64,000 bases of DNA, taken from positions 1,344,001 through 1,408,000 of the forward strand of contig OY970355.1 in the NCBI GenBank assembly GCA_963718525.1, read 5' to 3'. The notes under the pieces were generated by a model. It saw only the letters and a list, made by a program, of their open reading frames with translations. It did not search any database and had not been told where the DNA came from. The first letter of the stretch is position 1, and each line of letters opens with the position of its first letter. A program made the translations under genes and the position numbers. Below, piece after piece: positions 14,294 to 26,109 of the stretch. This stretch comes from Candidatus Dormiibacterota bacterium. GTDB lineage: Bacteria; Chloroflexota; Dormibacteria; Aeolococcales; Aeolococcaceae.

Positions 14294-14890
14294 TTACTTC
14301 TTCGCGGCCTGGTAGTAGGGATTCGCGCCCTGCGCGTGATCCGTGGTGTCGCGAACCTCGGTGATCTGCGGGAACCGCTCGAGGATCGCCACGCGCACCC
14401 CCTGTCCAAGCGTGACCTCGGCCATGCCGCAGCCCTGACAGCCACCGCCCATGTGGATGAACGCCACTCCATCGTTGACGTCGAGCAGGTCGATATAACC
14501 GCCGTGGGTGGCGACCGACGGGTTGATCTCGTCGTCGAGGAGCCGCTGCACGTCGCGAGCAAGGTCGTCGAACCAGAGCGGATTCGGGTTGTCGACCGTG
14601 AGCGCACCGCGTGCGCGATCGGCGTCGATGGTGATGCCGTCGAGGTATGGCGCCGACGCGATGGGCATAGTGAAACGGACGCCCGACGGCCCGTTGACGA
14701 CCATCTCGCCGTCGCGCTCGTCGCCGGCATTGACCAGGGAGAGGTCGTACGTGAACGCGCCGCCCTGCCGTCCGGTGACCGCTATTCGCACGCCCGCGTC
14801 CGGCTGTTTGCGGTTGGCCCTCACCTGCTCGATCCGCGTCAAAGCGTAGTCGGTGATTGCGATTCTCGGTTCCTTCACGCTGTCGTCCAT
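14294..14890 (-). CDS. nfuA: NfuA-like Fe-S carrier (degenerate A-type domain plus NifU-C)
   Basis: Cys-less A-type-like N-domain; INPSVATHGG, MGGGCQGCG, VRDTTDHAQGANPYY. Confidence 0.85.
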   Translation of the reverse strand: MDDSVKEPRIAITDYALTRIEQVRANRKQPDAGVRIAVTGRQGGAFTYDLSLVNAGDERDGEMVVNGPSGVRFTMPIASAPYLDGITIDADRARGALTVDNPNPLWFDDLARDVQRLLDDEINPSVATHGGYIDLLDVNDGVAFIHMGGGCQGCGMAEVTLGQGVRVAILERFPQITEVRDTTDHAQGANPYYQAAKK

Positions 14891-14927
14891 GGTACGTCGG
14901 TTCGAATCTCGAGCGTAGGCTGAGTGG

Positions 14928-16178
14928 ATGCCGAGGGTGATGCTCGTCCTGCCCACCGAGACGTATCGAGCCACAGCATTTCTCCGCGCAGCCGAGGAAC
15001 TCGGGCTCGACGTGGTGGTTGCCTCCAACGAGGCGCCGACGCTGGCGACGCTCATGGAGGGCCGCGTTCTCACGCTCGATCTGCAGCGACTCGACGAGTC
15101 CGCCGCCCGCGCACTGCAGTTCGCCGCTCGGTGGCCGGTCGACGCCGTTGTCGGAGTCGACGAGCTGTCAGTGGTGACCGCTGCCAACATCGCCGAACGG
15201 TTGGACGTGACGCGGAGAAATCCCATCGCGGCTGTCGCGGCAACGCGGGACAAACGCCAGCTGCGCAAGCGTCTGACCGCGTCAGGACTGACGCAGCCTC
15301 GGGTCGCGGAGATCGATGCCGATGCGGACGAGCGCACCCTCGACGCGGCGGTACGCCGTGCCGGCCTGCCATGCGTGGTCAAACCGGTTGACCTGGCTGC
15401 CAGTCGTGGCGTGATCCGAGCCGACAGCCGTGTTGACGTCGACAGTGCCGTGCAACGCGTTGGGAGACTCCTGCGGAGCATCTGCGCTGGCGGTGCGATA
15501 CCGCCGATGATCGTCGAGAGCTACGTCGATGGCGCAGAGATCGCTGTCGAAGGCCTGCTGCGAGCAGGGCGGCTCGAGGTGATCGCCTTGTTCGACAAGC
15601 CGGATCCGCTCACCGGGCCGTTCTTCGAGGAGACCATCTACGTCACGCCGTCACGCCTCGACGCGGCGTCCCAGCGCGCCGCGATCGACGCCGTCAGTGA
15701 TGCGGTGTCGTCACTCGGATTGCGGGACGGACCGATCCACGCGGAGGTACGGATGGGCGACGACGACCCCGTTGTCATCGAGGTGGCTGCGCGTTCGATC
15801 GGCGGCCTCTGCTCGCAGGTCATCCGTCTCGTGTGCGGGGATGCACCCGATGAGGTTCGGTCTCTGGAGAACGTGATCCTTCGCCAGGCGTGTGGATTGC
15901 CCCTGGGCGCGATCGAGCGCTTCGATGCCGCCTCGGGAGTGTTCATGCTGCCGGTGCCTGACGCCGGGGTCCTCAGGCACGTGCACGGCCTCGACCAGGC
16001 CATGTCGCTCCCCGGCATCACCGGCGTCACCATCTCGGTCCCTCCCGGCGAGCGATTGACGCCGCTTCCGGAGGGCGATCGATATCTCGGCTTCATCTTC
16101 GCGAGGGGCGATACGCCGGACGCGGTCGAGTCGGCGCTGCGTCAGGCGGAGCTGCGGCTCAGCGTCGAGCTTGCATAG
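14928..16178 (+). CDS. ATP-grasp domain protein (ligase of unknown substrate)
   Basis: TRDK, PCVVKP..AASRGV, VESYVDGAE, FDKPDPL.GPFFEETIY, HAEVR, IEVAARSIGG. Confidence 0.88.
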   Translation: MPRVMLVLPTETYRATAFLRAAEELGLDVVVASNEAPTLATLMEGRVLTLDLQRLDESAARALQFAARWPVDAVVGVDELSVVTAANIAERLDVTRRNPIAAVAATRDKRQLRKRLTASGLTQPRVAEIDADADERTLDAAVRRAGLPCVVKPVDLAASRGVIRADSRVDVDSAVQRVGRLLRSICAGGAIPPMIVESYVDGAEIAVEGLLRAGRLEVIALFDKPDPLTGPFFEETIYVTPSRLDAASQRAAIDAVSDAVSSLGLRDGPIHAEVRMGDDDPVVIEVAARSIGGLCSQVIRLVCGDAPDEVRSLENVILRQACGLPLGAIERFDAASGVFMLPVPDAGVLRHVHGLDQAMSLPGITGVTISVPPGERLTPLPEGDRYLGFIFARGDTPDAVESALRQAELRLSVELA

Positions 16179-16234
16179 ACGCCGAGTTGGCCCCGTGCCT
16201 CACGGCCCGCGTCCCAGGAGGCGGCGCGAGAGCA

Positions 16235-16305
16235 TGCCCCCTGGAGGAATCGAACCTCCCTCAACCGGTTAAAAGCCGGCTGCTCTACCGATGAGCTAAG
16301 GGGGC
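16235..16305 (-). tRNA. tRNA-Lys (anticodon UUU)
   Basis: GCCCCCT acceptor stem, D-arm TAGCTCATCGGTAGAGC, anticodon arm CCGG-CTTTTAA-CCGG, T-arm GGAGGTTCGATTCCTCC; CCA not encoded; minus-strand -10 TACAAT at 16315-16320. Confidence 0.95.
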
Positions 16306-16356
16306 GGGACCCGGATTGTATTGCCGCCTGTGCAGCACGCCCTACCATCGGCACAC

Positions 16357-17088
16357 GTGACCGATGAGATCCCCGGGTTTCCGGAGCACTTCCCTGTCCG
16401 CGACGACGGCGTCAGAAGCTGGCGCTACCGGGCCGTCTCCCTGATCTGCAGGGCATCTCTGCGCGGGTTCTTCGGGCGAGGGCTCCAGCTCGATTCGATG
16501 TCGAAATTTCCCTCCGAGGGTCCGCTGCTGGTTGTCTGCAACCACCTGAGCAACATCGACCCGTGGATCTTCGGGGGTTTCGGCCCAGGCGTCCTCTACT
16601 GCATGTCAAAGCGCGAGCTGTTCAAGAACCCGTTCATCGCGTGGGTCCTCGCGGGATGCAACTGCTTCCCCATCGATCGAGGGACCGCCGATCGCCGAGC
16701 GCTGCGAACGGCGCTCGACATCCTCTCTCGCCGTGGACGCCTGCTCATCTTCCTCGAGGGCACCCGCTCGTCCATCCCGGGTATGCGGAGGGCGGAAGCC
16801 GGCGTCGGTTTCCTCGCGCGGCGATCCGGCGCGTCCATCCTCCCGGTGGGCGTCTGGGGCACCGAGGCTGCGCTCCCTCGAGGCCACAAGCTCCCGAGGC
16901 GGGTGCCGATCCGGCTGAAGCTGGGTCCGGTTTTCCAGCTCCCGGAACGCGTCCCGGGGGAGCGGCGCGACGACCAGGCGGTCGCGGACTTGATCGGAGC
17001 GCGCATCGCGGAGCTGCTCCCACCTGCCTACCGCGGCGTCTACGCGTCCCTCGGCGAGGGCGAGAAAGCCGAACGTCAGGCCGGGTAG
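16357..17088 (+). CDS. plsC: 1-acyl-sn-glycerol-3-phosphate acyltransferase (PlsC family)
   Basis: NHLSNID, FPIDR, FLEGTRS. Confidence 0.88.
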   Translation: MTDEIPGFPEHFPVRDDGVRSWRYRAVSLICRASLRGFFGRGLQLDSMSKFPSEGPLLVVCNHLSNIDPWIFGGFGPGVLYCMSKRELFKNPFIAWVLAGCNCFPIDRGTADRRALRTALDILSRRGRLLIFLEGTRSSIPGMRRAEAGVGFLARRSGASILPVGVWGTEAALPRGHKLPRRVPIRLKLGPVFQLPERVPGERRDDQAVADLIGARIAELLPPAYRGVYASLGEGEKAERQAG

Positions 17089-17101
17089 CGGCCCGCGAGC
17101 G

Positions 17102-18322
17102 TCAGCGAGCCCTGCGGCTCGGGGATTTGGCGTGGGTCGCCTTCGCGTGTGCGGCCGAGGGCCGCTTGGCGGCAGCCGACCGCAAGGCCTGTGCCTTGCT
17201 GGCGGACGCCTTGGCTGGACCTTTGGCCACCGGCTTCCTGGTAGCGGGCGCCTTGGCCTTCGCGGCCGGCTTGACCACTGTCCTGCTCTTCGCCTTCGGT
17301 GCCGGGGCGGCAGATCGAGCCGAGGTCCTGGCGCCGGAGGTTGCTTTTGCGACCGGCTTTGGTTTGGCGGTGCCCGGGGGCTTCACCTTGGCAGCGCTCT
17401 TCTTCGGAGTGCTCTTGGCCTTGACCGCCGGTTTGGCCTTGACACTGGGCTTGGGCCTGGCCGCCGGCGTCGATTTGACGGGCGCCGGCCTGGCGGCCGT
17501 GGTCTTCGCCACCGTCTGCGCCCTGGCCGCAGAAGCAGTCTTGGCAGGGGGTTTGCTCTTCACGGGTTGAGCAGACCTGTCCGGCGCCGGCTTCCGCGAT
17601 GGTGTGGCCACCGCCGGCTTGCGAGCAATCGAGCGCTCGGGTGGTGAGGGGGCTTTGACCTCGGGACGGGACTCCGTGCGTTTCGAGGCCGGGGCGGCGG
17701 CCCTGGTTGGCGCGGGCGCTGCAGGCGCGGGCGCCACCGGCTCGGCCTCAGCCGAAGGCGAAGCCGATGAGCCGTTGGCTGGGGGACGCGGGCCGCGATC
17801 ACCGACGCGGACGGGTTCGACCATGAGCTGCGTCAGCTCAGCGTGGCGCTCGGGGGTCTCCGACGTCTCGAGGCACGTGAAGGCGACGACCTCCTTGGTC
17901 TCCGAGTGCCTGTCGAAGCGAACGATCGCCGTCTGACTCAACACCGTCTCGACGATTCCGGTGGAGCCCACCGGGTAGTCGCCGATCGAGGCGCCGGTGC
18001 GGGGCCGCGTGTTCGAGGTGAGGATCACATGCTCGCCGACGCCAAAGGGTGGCGGGGGCTCTTCGCGTGCTCCCGGCGGCCTTCCGGGAGTCGGCGAGGG
18101 GCGTGGTACCGCGGCGACGACGACAGGTGCCGCGACCGCGACAACCTCCTCCTCCTCGTCGTCGTCATCATCATCGTCATCGACCTCGACAACCACGCCG
18201 ATCTCGATCTCGATCTCGTCGAAGTCGTCCAGCTCGACGGCGTCACCCTCGGCCTCAACGACGGGGGTCTCCGGCTCTTCCTGGTCGGCGTCGACAGTGG
18301 GGTCAGGTGGTTCTTGGGGCAT
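17102..18322 (-). CDS. hypothetical protein: acidic N-terminus, small beta domain, Lys/Ala/Pro-rich histone-H1-like tail
   Basis: poly-D/E run, ~60-aa globular core (FGVGEHVIL...VAFTCLE), long K/A/P/S-rich basic tail. Confidence 0.65.
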   Translation of the reverse strand: MPQEPPDPTVDADQEEPETPVVEAEGDAVELDDFDEIEIEIGVVVEVDDDDDDDDEEEEVVAVAAPVVVAAVPRPSPTPGRPPGAREEPPPPFGVGEHVILTSNTRPRTGASIGDYPVGSTGIVETVLSQTAIVRFDRHSETKEVVAFTCLETSETPERHAELTQLMVEPVRVGDRGPRPPANGSSASPSAEAEPVAPAPAAPAPTRAAAPASKRTESRPEVKAPSPPERSIARKPAVATPSRKPAPDRSAQPVKSKPPAKTASAARAQTVAKTTAARPAPVKSTPAARPKPSVKAKPAVKAKSTPKKSAAKVKPPGTAKPKPVAKATSGARTSARSAAPAPKAKSRTVVKPAAKAKAPATRKPVAKGPAKASASKAQALRSAAAKRPSAAHAKATHAKSPSRRAR

Positions 18323-18361
18323 TCAGGCTCATATGTGACGGATGGGTAGACTGACGTGCAG

Positions 18362-19894
18362 ATGATCGCGCGATCCACGGCGATCCCGCTGTCGCACCAT
18401 ACCCAACAGCGGCTCCTTGAAATCCTTCCGGGCGCGCTCACATGGTTCGCACTGCTCGTTCCGGTGGTTGCCGCATTCGCGATCAGGCTCAATGACCCCG
18501 GGATGCTCTGGATCCTGGGCGCGGGTGCCGTTCTGCTCGATAGCTACTGGCTGGTGAGGACGACGGTGACGGTTCGAGGTGTCCGCAAGACGCTGAAGGC
18601 TCTCAAGGAAACTGAGGTCATCGACTGGTGGCAGCGCTGCCAGGAGCTCGAGGCGAATCTCCCCGAAGGAGCGCCGGCGCCGTCAGAGATTGTGCAGTGC
18701 GCGCTCATTCCAACCTACACCGAGTCGTACGACGTGCTTCGCGCGACGGTCGCGGCGCTCGCGGCGCAGAACTATCCGGAACATCTCCGGGTGTGCGCGA
18801 TCATCACCCGCGAGACCGACTCGGGCGGCATCGAGAACGTGGCCAGGCTGCGTGAGGAGTTCGCCGGATCGTTTCGCCTGTTCCTGCACATCAAGGATCC
18901 GCTGCTCCCCGGCATCGTCGTCGGCAAATCGGCGGCGATGGCGTACGGCGGTCCCGTGCTCAAAGCCGCGTGCGACGAGCTTGGTCTCGATCCCTCGCGC
19001 ACGATGGTGACCGACCTCGATTCCGATTTTCGTTTGCACCCGCAGTATTTCGCATACATCGCGCTGCAGTTCTGCACCGCCACGGACCGCCTCGTCTCGA
19101 TTTGGCAGCCGGTGCCGGTGTTCCTCAACAACATCTGGCGTGTGCCCACCGCCGTGCGCGTGATGGCCACAGCCGCGACCCAATGGCAGATGTTCCTGCA
19201 CCAGAACCCGCATCGCCTGGTGATGTTCTCGTCGTACTCGATGTCGCTCGACCTGCTCGCCGATGTCGGCTACTGGGACTCCGATGTGATTCCCGAGGAC
19301 TCGCGATTCTTCTGGAAGGCGTTCTTCCACACCCGCGGCACACTCAACACCCGTCCCGCATTCCTGCCGGTGTTTGGTGATGCGCCGCGCGCCCGGGGCT
19401 ACGCGGCAACCCACGCATCGCAGTACAACCAGATCAAGCGGTGGGCGTGGGGAGCGACCGATATCCCTTACGTCACCTCACGAATGCTGCTGCACCCGGA
19501 GATCCCGTGGCGCATTCGCGCACGGCGGTATTCGAACCTCATCTTCAACCATCTGACCTGGGCGACGCTGCCGCTGCTGCTGTTCTTCGGGGGCGCACTG
19601 CCGGCGTTCATCGACCTCGACTACAGCCTGTCGTCGACCTCGGCCCTGCTCGGCAGTCTCAGCGCAAGCATTCTCACGATCACGCTGCTGAACACGCTGC
19701 TGCTGGTGCAGGTCGACTACAGGATCTGTCCAAAGCCAGCGTCGTGGCCATGGTGGCGCAGGCGGTGGGCAGAGTTGCAGCTCTTCACGTATCCGGTGGT
19801 CGGACTGGCGCTCAGCGTGATCCCGGCGCTCGAGGCACAGACGCGGCTGATGTTCGGGGCATACCTCGAATATCACGTCACCGAGAAGGAATGA
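18362..19894 (+). CDS. membrane GT2 glycosyltransferase (processive-type)
   Basis: IPTYTES, GKSAAM, DLDSD, PEDS, QIKRWAWG (QxxRW); TM helices at both ends; start may be GTG 18356. Confidence 0.85.
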   Translation: MIARSTAIPLSHHTQQRLLEILPGALTWFALLVPVVAAFAIRLNDPGMLWILGAGAVLLDSYWLVRTTVTVRGVRKTLKALKETEVIDWWQRCQELEANLPEGAPAPSEIVQCALIPTYTESYDVLRATVAALAAQNYPEHLRVCAIITRETDSGGIENVARLREEFAGSFRLFLHIKDPLLPGIVVGKSAAMAYGGPVLKAACDELGLDPSRTMVTDLDSDFRLHPQYFAYIALQFCTATDRLVSIWQPVPVFLNNIWRVPTAVRVMATAATQWQMFLHQNPHRLVMFSSYSMSLDLLADVGYWDSDVIPEDSRFFWKAFFHTRGTLNTRPAFLPVFGDAPRARGYAATHASQYNQIKRWAWGATDIPYVTSRMLLHPEIPWRIRARRYSNLIFNHLTWATLPLLLFFGGALPAFIDLDYSLSSTSALLGSLSASILTITLLNTLLLVQVDYRICPKPASWPWWRRRWAELQLFTYPVVGLALSVIPALEAQTRLMFGAYLEYHVTEKE

Positions 19895-19906
19895 GCCGCC
19901 GGCGTG

Positions 19907-21025
19907 TCAGCGCTGGAGCACCGCCCGATACGTCTGGTACGTGAGCTCGGCAGCCCGCCGCCACGTGAAGGTCGCGGACCACGCCAGCCCCTGTGCCTGC
20001 ATCCGCGCACGCAGGGCGGTGTCGTCGAGCACGCCATTGATCGCAGCCGCCATGGCATTCGCGTCACCGTCGGGCACCACTGTCGCGGCCCCGCCGCTCA
20101 CCTCGGGAAGTGACGAGTTGTCGAAGACCACCGCGGGGGTGCCACAGGCCATCGCCTCGAGCGGAGGCAATCCGAACCCCTCATAGGCGGACGTGAAAAC
20201 GAACACCTCCGCGGCCGTGTAGAGGGCGACGAGGTCGTCGTCGCTGACGTGGCCGATCACGCGAGCGTGTTCGGCGAGGCCTGCGGCGGAGAGCGTCTCG
20301 GTCACCTTCGCCGTGAAGGTGCCCTGATCGCCGACGATGACGATGGCGACGTCATGATCTCGGCGAACACGGCTGACCACATCGGCAAGCAGCGCGATGC
20401 GCTTGCGCGGATCGAAGGTGCCGACGGCCAGCAGAAATGGACGGCTCAGGCGCAGCCTGCTGCGAATCCGCTGCACCGCCTCAGGGTGGGCCGGCCGGAA
20501 TGCCGGCGAGATCCCCTCCGGGATCACGGAGATCCGATCGGGATGCGTCGCCGTGAATCGGAGCACGTCACGCCGGGTGGCGTCCGAGACGGCGATCACG
20601 GCATCGGCGCGCCGGAGGAGGCGCAACCCGAGGATCCGCGCTCGCCGGACCCATGGGTAGCCGCGCGGCATCACGAACGGGATCAGGTCGTGGACCGTGA
20701 CCACGACCGGGAGGCGGCTGCGCAGCGGCTGTCCGAACTCGATCGCGTGGTAGAGGTCGGCCCTGGAGCCGCGCAGCGCGTCTGCGATCAGGAGGGTGTC
20801 GGCGATCGGCTGGAGCGTCGGGTGGACGACTCGGATGCGGCGTGCGGACGGCGTGACCAGCCTGGTGACTTCGGAAGGAGGCTCCAGATGCGTCGAGAGC
20901 AGCAGGCTGACCTGAGGTGGCTCCGCGAGCTCGCCCAAACCGGCGATCAGCCCACGCTCGTAGCTGCCGATCCCTCGCACCGACGACGCCCCCTGGAGCG
21001 GGCGGCCGTCCATGACGACCCTCAT
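19907..21025 (-). CDS. GT4 family glycosyltransferase
   Basis: VVTVHDLIP, IAVSDAT, GTFDPRK, YEGFGLPPLEAMACG. Confidence 0.93.
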   Translation of the reverse strand: MRVVMDGRPLQGASSVRGIGSYERGLIAGLGELAEPPQVSLLLSTHLEPPSEVTRLVTPSARRIRVVHPTLQPIADTLLIADALRGSRADLYHAIEFGQPLRSRLPVVVTVHDLIPFVMPRGYPWVRRARILGLRLLRRADAVIAVSDATRRDVLRFTATHPDRISVIPEGISPAFRPAHPEAVQRIRSRLRLSRPFLLAVGTFDPRKRIALLADVVSRVRRDHDVAIVIVGDQGTFTAKVTETLSAAGLAEHARVIGHVSDDDLVALYTAAEVFVFTSAYEGFGLPPLEAMACGTPAVVFDNSSLPEVSGGAATVVPDGDANAMAAAINGVLDDTALRARMQAQGLAWSATFTWRRAAELTYQTYRAVLQR

Positions 21026-21083
21026 CGCGGGCAACTCAGAGGGCAGGGCACGGGCTGAGAGTCTGTCGGATAGACTGGCGACG

Positions 21084-22922
<1,839 letters not shown>

Positions 22923-22924
22923 GC

Positions 22925-24232
22925 ATGGCTGCGAACATCCCCTACCGACCCGAGATCACGGTGCTCGACAACGGCGTCAGCCTGCTCAATGCACCGTCGA
23001 GCAGCAGGAACTCCGGCGTTTTCCTGATCGTGCGTGCCGGGTCGCGTGACGAGACGGCGGAAACGTCGGGGCTCGCGCACTACCTCGAGCACATGTTCTT
23101 CAAGGGCACCGAGCGCAGGCCGACGACGAAGATCATCTCGCGAGAGATCGATCGCCTTGGCGCCAACACCAACGCGTACACGGACACCGAAGAGGTGGCC
23201 TACTTCGCGGAAGGCCCGGCCACGGCGATGCACGAGCTCGCGGACGTCATCTGCGACATGCTGAGCCGGCCGCTCTTCGCTGCCGAGGAGGTCGAGCGCG
23301 AGCGCAACGTCGTGCTCCAGGAACTCTCGATGCGGCTGTCGGATCCGGACGGCTGGATCTGGGATCGCCTCGGAACCGTCGCCTTCGGCGGCAACCAGCC
23401 GATGTCGTGGTCCGCCGCCGGGTTTCCCGCCGTCATCCAAAAGGCGACGCGCGAGCAGCTGACGGAATACCACCGCGCGTTCTACGCGCCGAAGTCGATG
23501 TGCCTGGTCATCGCCGGCGGCGCGGCCCTGACCGAGGACGAGGCGCTCAACCTGCTGTCCGACATCCCGCGTGGGAAGCCTCGGCCACGCAAGAAGGCCA
23601 AGTGGGGCCTTGGTGACCGCTACACGGCGAACGTGCGCCCCGTGACCCAGCAGGAGGAGCCGCAGGTGCACATGGTGTTCGCGGTTCCCGGGATACGGGC
23701 GGCCGATCCGCGCCGCACCCAGCTGTCGGTCATGACCCACGTTCTCGGGGGCGGGATGTCGTCGCGCTTGTTCCAGACTGTCCGCGAGCGCAACGGCCTC
23801 GCCTACAGCATCTACGCACACCACGCCGGCTTCGACGACACCGGGCTGTTCGCGATCGCCACGGCAACTCGCCCCAAGGATGCTCGCAAAGCCACCACGC
23901 TCACGTTCAAGGAATTCCGCAAGATCGCGTCGAAGCGTGTCGCCGCCGACGAGCTCTCCGCCGCGAAGTCGGCGATGATCGGTCGCCTGCTGCGTTCAAC
24001 GGAAACAGCGATCGCGAGCGCGCGTTTCTACGGGAGTCGCTGGCGCGCCGGACTTCCGCTCGAGACCCCGGATGAACGCGCCGAGGCGATCCTCCAGGTG
24101 ACTGCCCCTCAGGTGCAGTCGATCGCGGAGGAGATCGCCGAGGGCATCCCGGACGTGCGCATGGCGCTGGTGGGGCCGACGGATCAAGGACCGGAACTTT
24201 TGGAGGCCATCGAATCGACGGCCTCGGGCTGA
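22925..24232 (+). CDS. M16 family zinc peptidase
   Basis: GLAHYLEHMFFKG (HxxEH), NAYT, GGGMSSRLFQTVRE..GLAYSI. Confidence 0.92.
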   Translation: MAANIPYRPEITVLDNGVSLLNAPSSSRNSGVFLIVRAGSRDETAETSGLAHYLEHMFFKGTERRPTTKIISREIDRLGANTNAYTDTEEVAYFAEGPATAMHELADVICDMLSRPLFAAEEVERERNVVLQELSMRLSDPDGWIWDRLGTVAFGGNQPMSWSAAGFPAVIQKATREQLTEYHRAFYAPKSMCLVIAGGAALTEDEALNLLSDIPRGKPRPRKKAKWGLGDRYTANVRPVTQQEEPQVHMVFAVPGIRAADPRRTQLSVMTHVLGGGMSSRLFQTVRERNGLAYSIYAHHAGFDDTGLFAIATATRPKDARKATTLTFKEFRKIASKRVAADELSAAKSAMIGRLLRSTETAIASARFYGSRWRAGLPLETPDERAEAILQVTAPQVQSIAEEIAEGIPDVRMALVGPTDQGPELLEAIESTASG

Positions 24233-24244
24233 CGCCGAGCCTCG

Positions 24245-25366
24245 CTACGCGAGAATCGCGCGCTCGAGGCTGAGGGCCACGCGCTCCAGGTCGCGCGCGC
24301 TCAGCCCCGGATGCACCGGAAGTGAGAGGCAGCGCGACGCGACGTCGCGCGCGATCGGTGTGTCGCCACGCTGCACGTTGGGGTGGTCGCGGTAGGCATC
24401 GTGGTCCCAGACCAGGCCTGGATAGTACACACCGGTATCGATCCCGTCGGACGACATCGACGTGACCACGTGGTCGCGATCGATCCCGGACTCAAGCAGG
24501 ATGGTGTACTGATGCCAGACATGGGTCCGGCCGGAGGGCTCGCGGGGAACGGTGATGGCCGGATTGTCCACCAGCAGTGACGTCAGCGCCGAGGCGTTGG
24601 CCCTGCGTGCGCTGACGATTGCATCGAGCCGCTCCATCTGGGGAATTGCGACCGCGGCCGCCAGGTCGGTCATCCGCCAGTTCTGGCCGATCATGGCATA
24701 ATCATAGCGGGACCGCATCCCCTGGTTGCGCAGGATCCGGAGGCGCTCCGCAAGCATCGGGTCGTCAGTGGTCACGCACCCACCCTCGCCGCTGGTCACG
24801 TTCTTGGTGGCATAGAAGGAGAAACAGCCGATGCCGAAGCCGCCGGCACGCCGGCCGCCGGCGGCGGCGCCGTGCGCCTGTGCCGCGTCCTCGACCACCC
24901 CGAGGCCATGTGCCGCGGCGAGCGACATGAGCCGAGGCATGTCCGCGGGGAGTCCGTAAAGATGTACGGGGACGATCGCCGCCGTGGCGGGTCCGATCAA
25001 CGCCGCAACCGAATCGGGGTCGATGGTGAAGTCGTCGCCGATGTCGGCGAAACGCACCGACGCACCGCTGCGCAGGATCGCGTTGATCGTGGCCGCGAAG
25101 GTGAACGGGGAGGTGATCACCTCCTGCCCGGGGCCGATCTCCAGAACTGCGAGTGCCGCGTCGAGCGCGACCGTCCCATTGGCCACAGCAACGGCGTGCG
25201 TGGTCCCGGCCATGGTCGTGCACAGCGCTTCGAACCGCGCGACCATCGGTCCCTGGGCAAGGTGGCCGCTGCGCAGGACTGAGAGGACGAGGTTCTCGAC
25301 CTCTGGGCCGAGCCGCGGGGCCGAGATCCGGATGCGCGCCTCCGGCGGCGCCTGGGTCACGGTCAC
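24245..25366 (-). CDS. DegT/DnrJ/EryC1/StrS sugar aminotransferase
   Basis: NGTVAL, PVHLYG, EDAAQAHGA, SFYATKN, GEGG; GTG overlaps the upstream stop. Confidence 0.93.
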   Translation of the reverse strand: MTVTQAPPEARIRISAPRLGPEVENLVLSVLRSGHLAQGPMVARFEALCTTMAGTTHAVAVANGTVALDAALAVLEIGPGQEVITSPFTFAATINAILRSGASVRFADIGDDFTIDPDSVAALIGPATAAIVPVHLYGLPADMPRLMSLAAAHGLGVVEDAAQAHGAAAGGRRAGGFGIGCFSFYATKNVTSGEGGCVTTDDPMLAERLRILRNQGMRSRYDYAMIGQNWRMTDLAAAVAIPQMERLDAIVSARRANASALTSLLVDNPAITVPREPSGRTHVWHQYTILLESGIDRDHVVTSMSSDGIDTGVYYPGLVWDHDAYRDHPNVQRGDTPIARDVASRCLSLPVHPGLSARDLERVALSLERAILA

Positions 25367-26109
25367 GCTGCCGTCACCTCGCCGGCGTGGCGGATCGGCC
25401 GCTGCTCCTCCGCGAGCCGCCGGCGCAGGGCGATGAGCCCCGCGGCCATGGCGATCGAATCGCGGAGGGGGGAGACGGTGGATCGTCCGGAGGCCATGTA
25501 GACCACGGGCACCTCCACGGGCGTCACCCCCGCGTGAACCGCCCACAGATTGATCTCGGCACCGATAAGGAAGTCGCCGGCACGCAGCCGCGGCAGCAGT
25601 GCCTGGGCAAGCAGCCGGTCGATGAGCACCGACCCCTGGGTGTCGATCGCGAGGCCGACGAGCCCGGCTCGCAGCAGGCCGAAGCCGGCCGACATGGCGC
25701 GCCGCACCATCGCGGTCTCGATCTGCGATTCAGGATGCGTCTTCGATCCCATCACCAGTTGGGGCCGCGGGCTGAGGCCGAGGAAGCCGTCGAGGTCGGT
25801 GAAGCCAAAGGGCAGATCGGCCGCGGTGAGCACAACCGTGTCGGTACGAGCCAGGGCGATGCCCCGGCGCCAGGCAAATCCGAGGCCCTTGGCCGATGTG
25901 GTGACACGAACGCCAACCTCATTGCCGGCGAACGAGGTTGCGAGCGTGAGGCAGAGCGGGCCCGACCCGTCGGAGGACCCGTTCTCGACGAGGATGATCT
26001 CCGACCCGGGGAGGTGAGCGAGGCGCTCGACCAGCAGTCGCACCGTCTTGCGCAGCTCGGCGATCTGGTTGTGGACAGGGATGACGTAGCTGACGCTCGG
26101 CTCGCTCAT
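25363..26109 (-). CDS. GT2, polyprenol-phosphate glycosyltransferase-like (DPM/DPG synthase family)
   Basis: VIPVHNQ, VENGSSDGS, KGLGFAWRRG, TAADLPF (DxD variant), DTQG. Confidence 0.8.
   Translation of the reverse strand: MSEPSVSYVIPVHNQIAELRKTVRLLVERLAHLPGSEIILVENGSSDGSGPLCLTLATSFAGNEVGVRVTTSAKGLGFAWRRGIALARTDTVVLTAADLPFGFTDLDGFLGLSPRPQLVMGSKTHPESQIETAMVRRAMSAGFGLLRAGLVGLAIDTQGSVLIDRLLAQALLPRLRAGDFLIGAEINLWAVHAGVTPVEVPVVYMASGRSTVSPLRDSIAMAAGLIALRRRLAEEQRPIRHAGEVTAA

Noticed and set aside
14899-14910. GGTTCGAATC, a tRNA T-loop-like sequence between nfuA and the ATP-grasp gene
   Set aside because: No acceptor, D or anticodon arms; does not match the tRNA-Lys 3' end, so not an att site
16180-16320. 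tRNA-Lys as an island integration site
   Set aside because: No integrase nearby and no duplicated tRNA 3' end noticed in the window
17132-17700. Quasi-repeats (ggccttg/ggcttg) suggesting a tandem or CRISPR-like array
   Set aside because: Explained by Lys/Ala/Pro codons of the low-complexity protein tail; no constant repeat-spacer period
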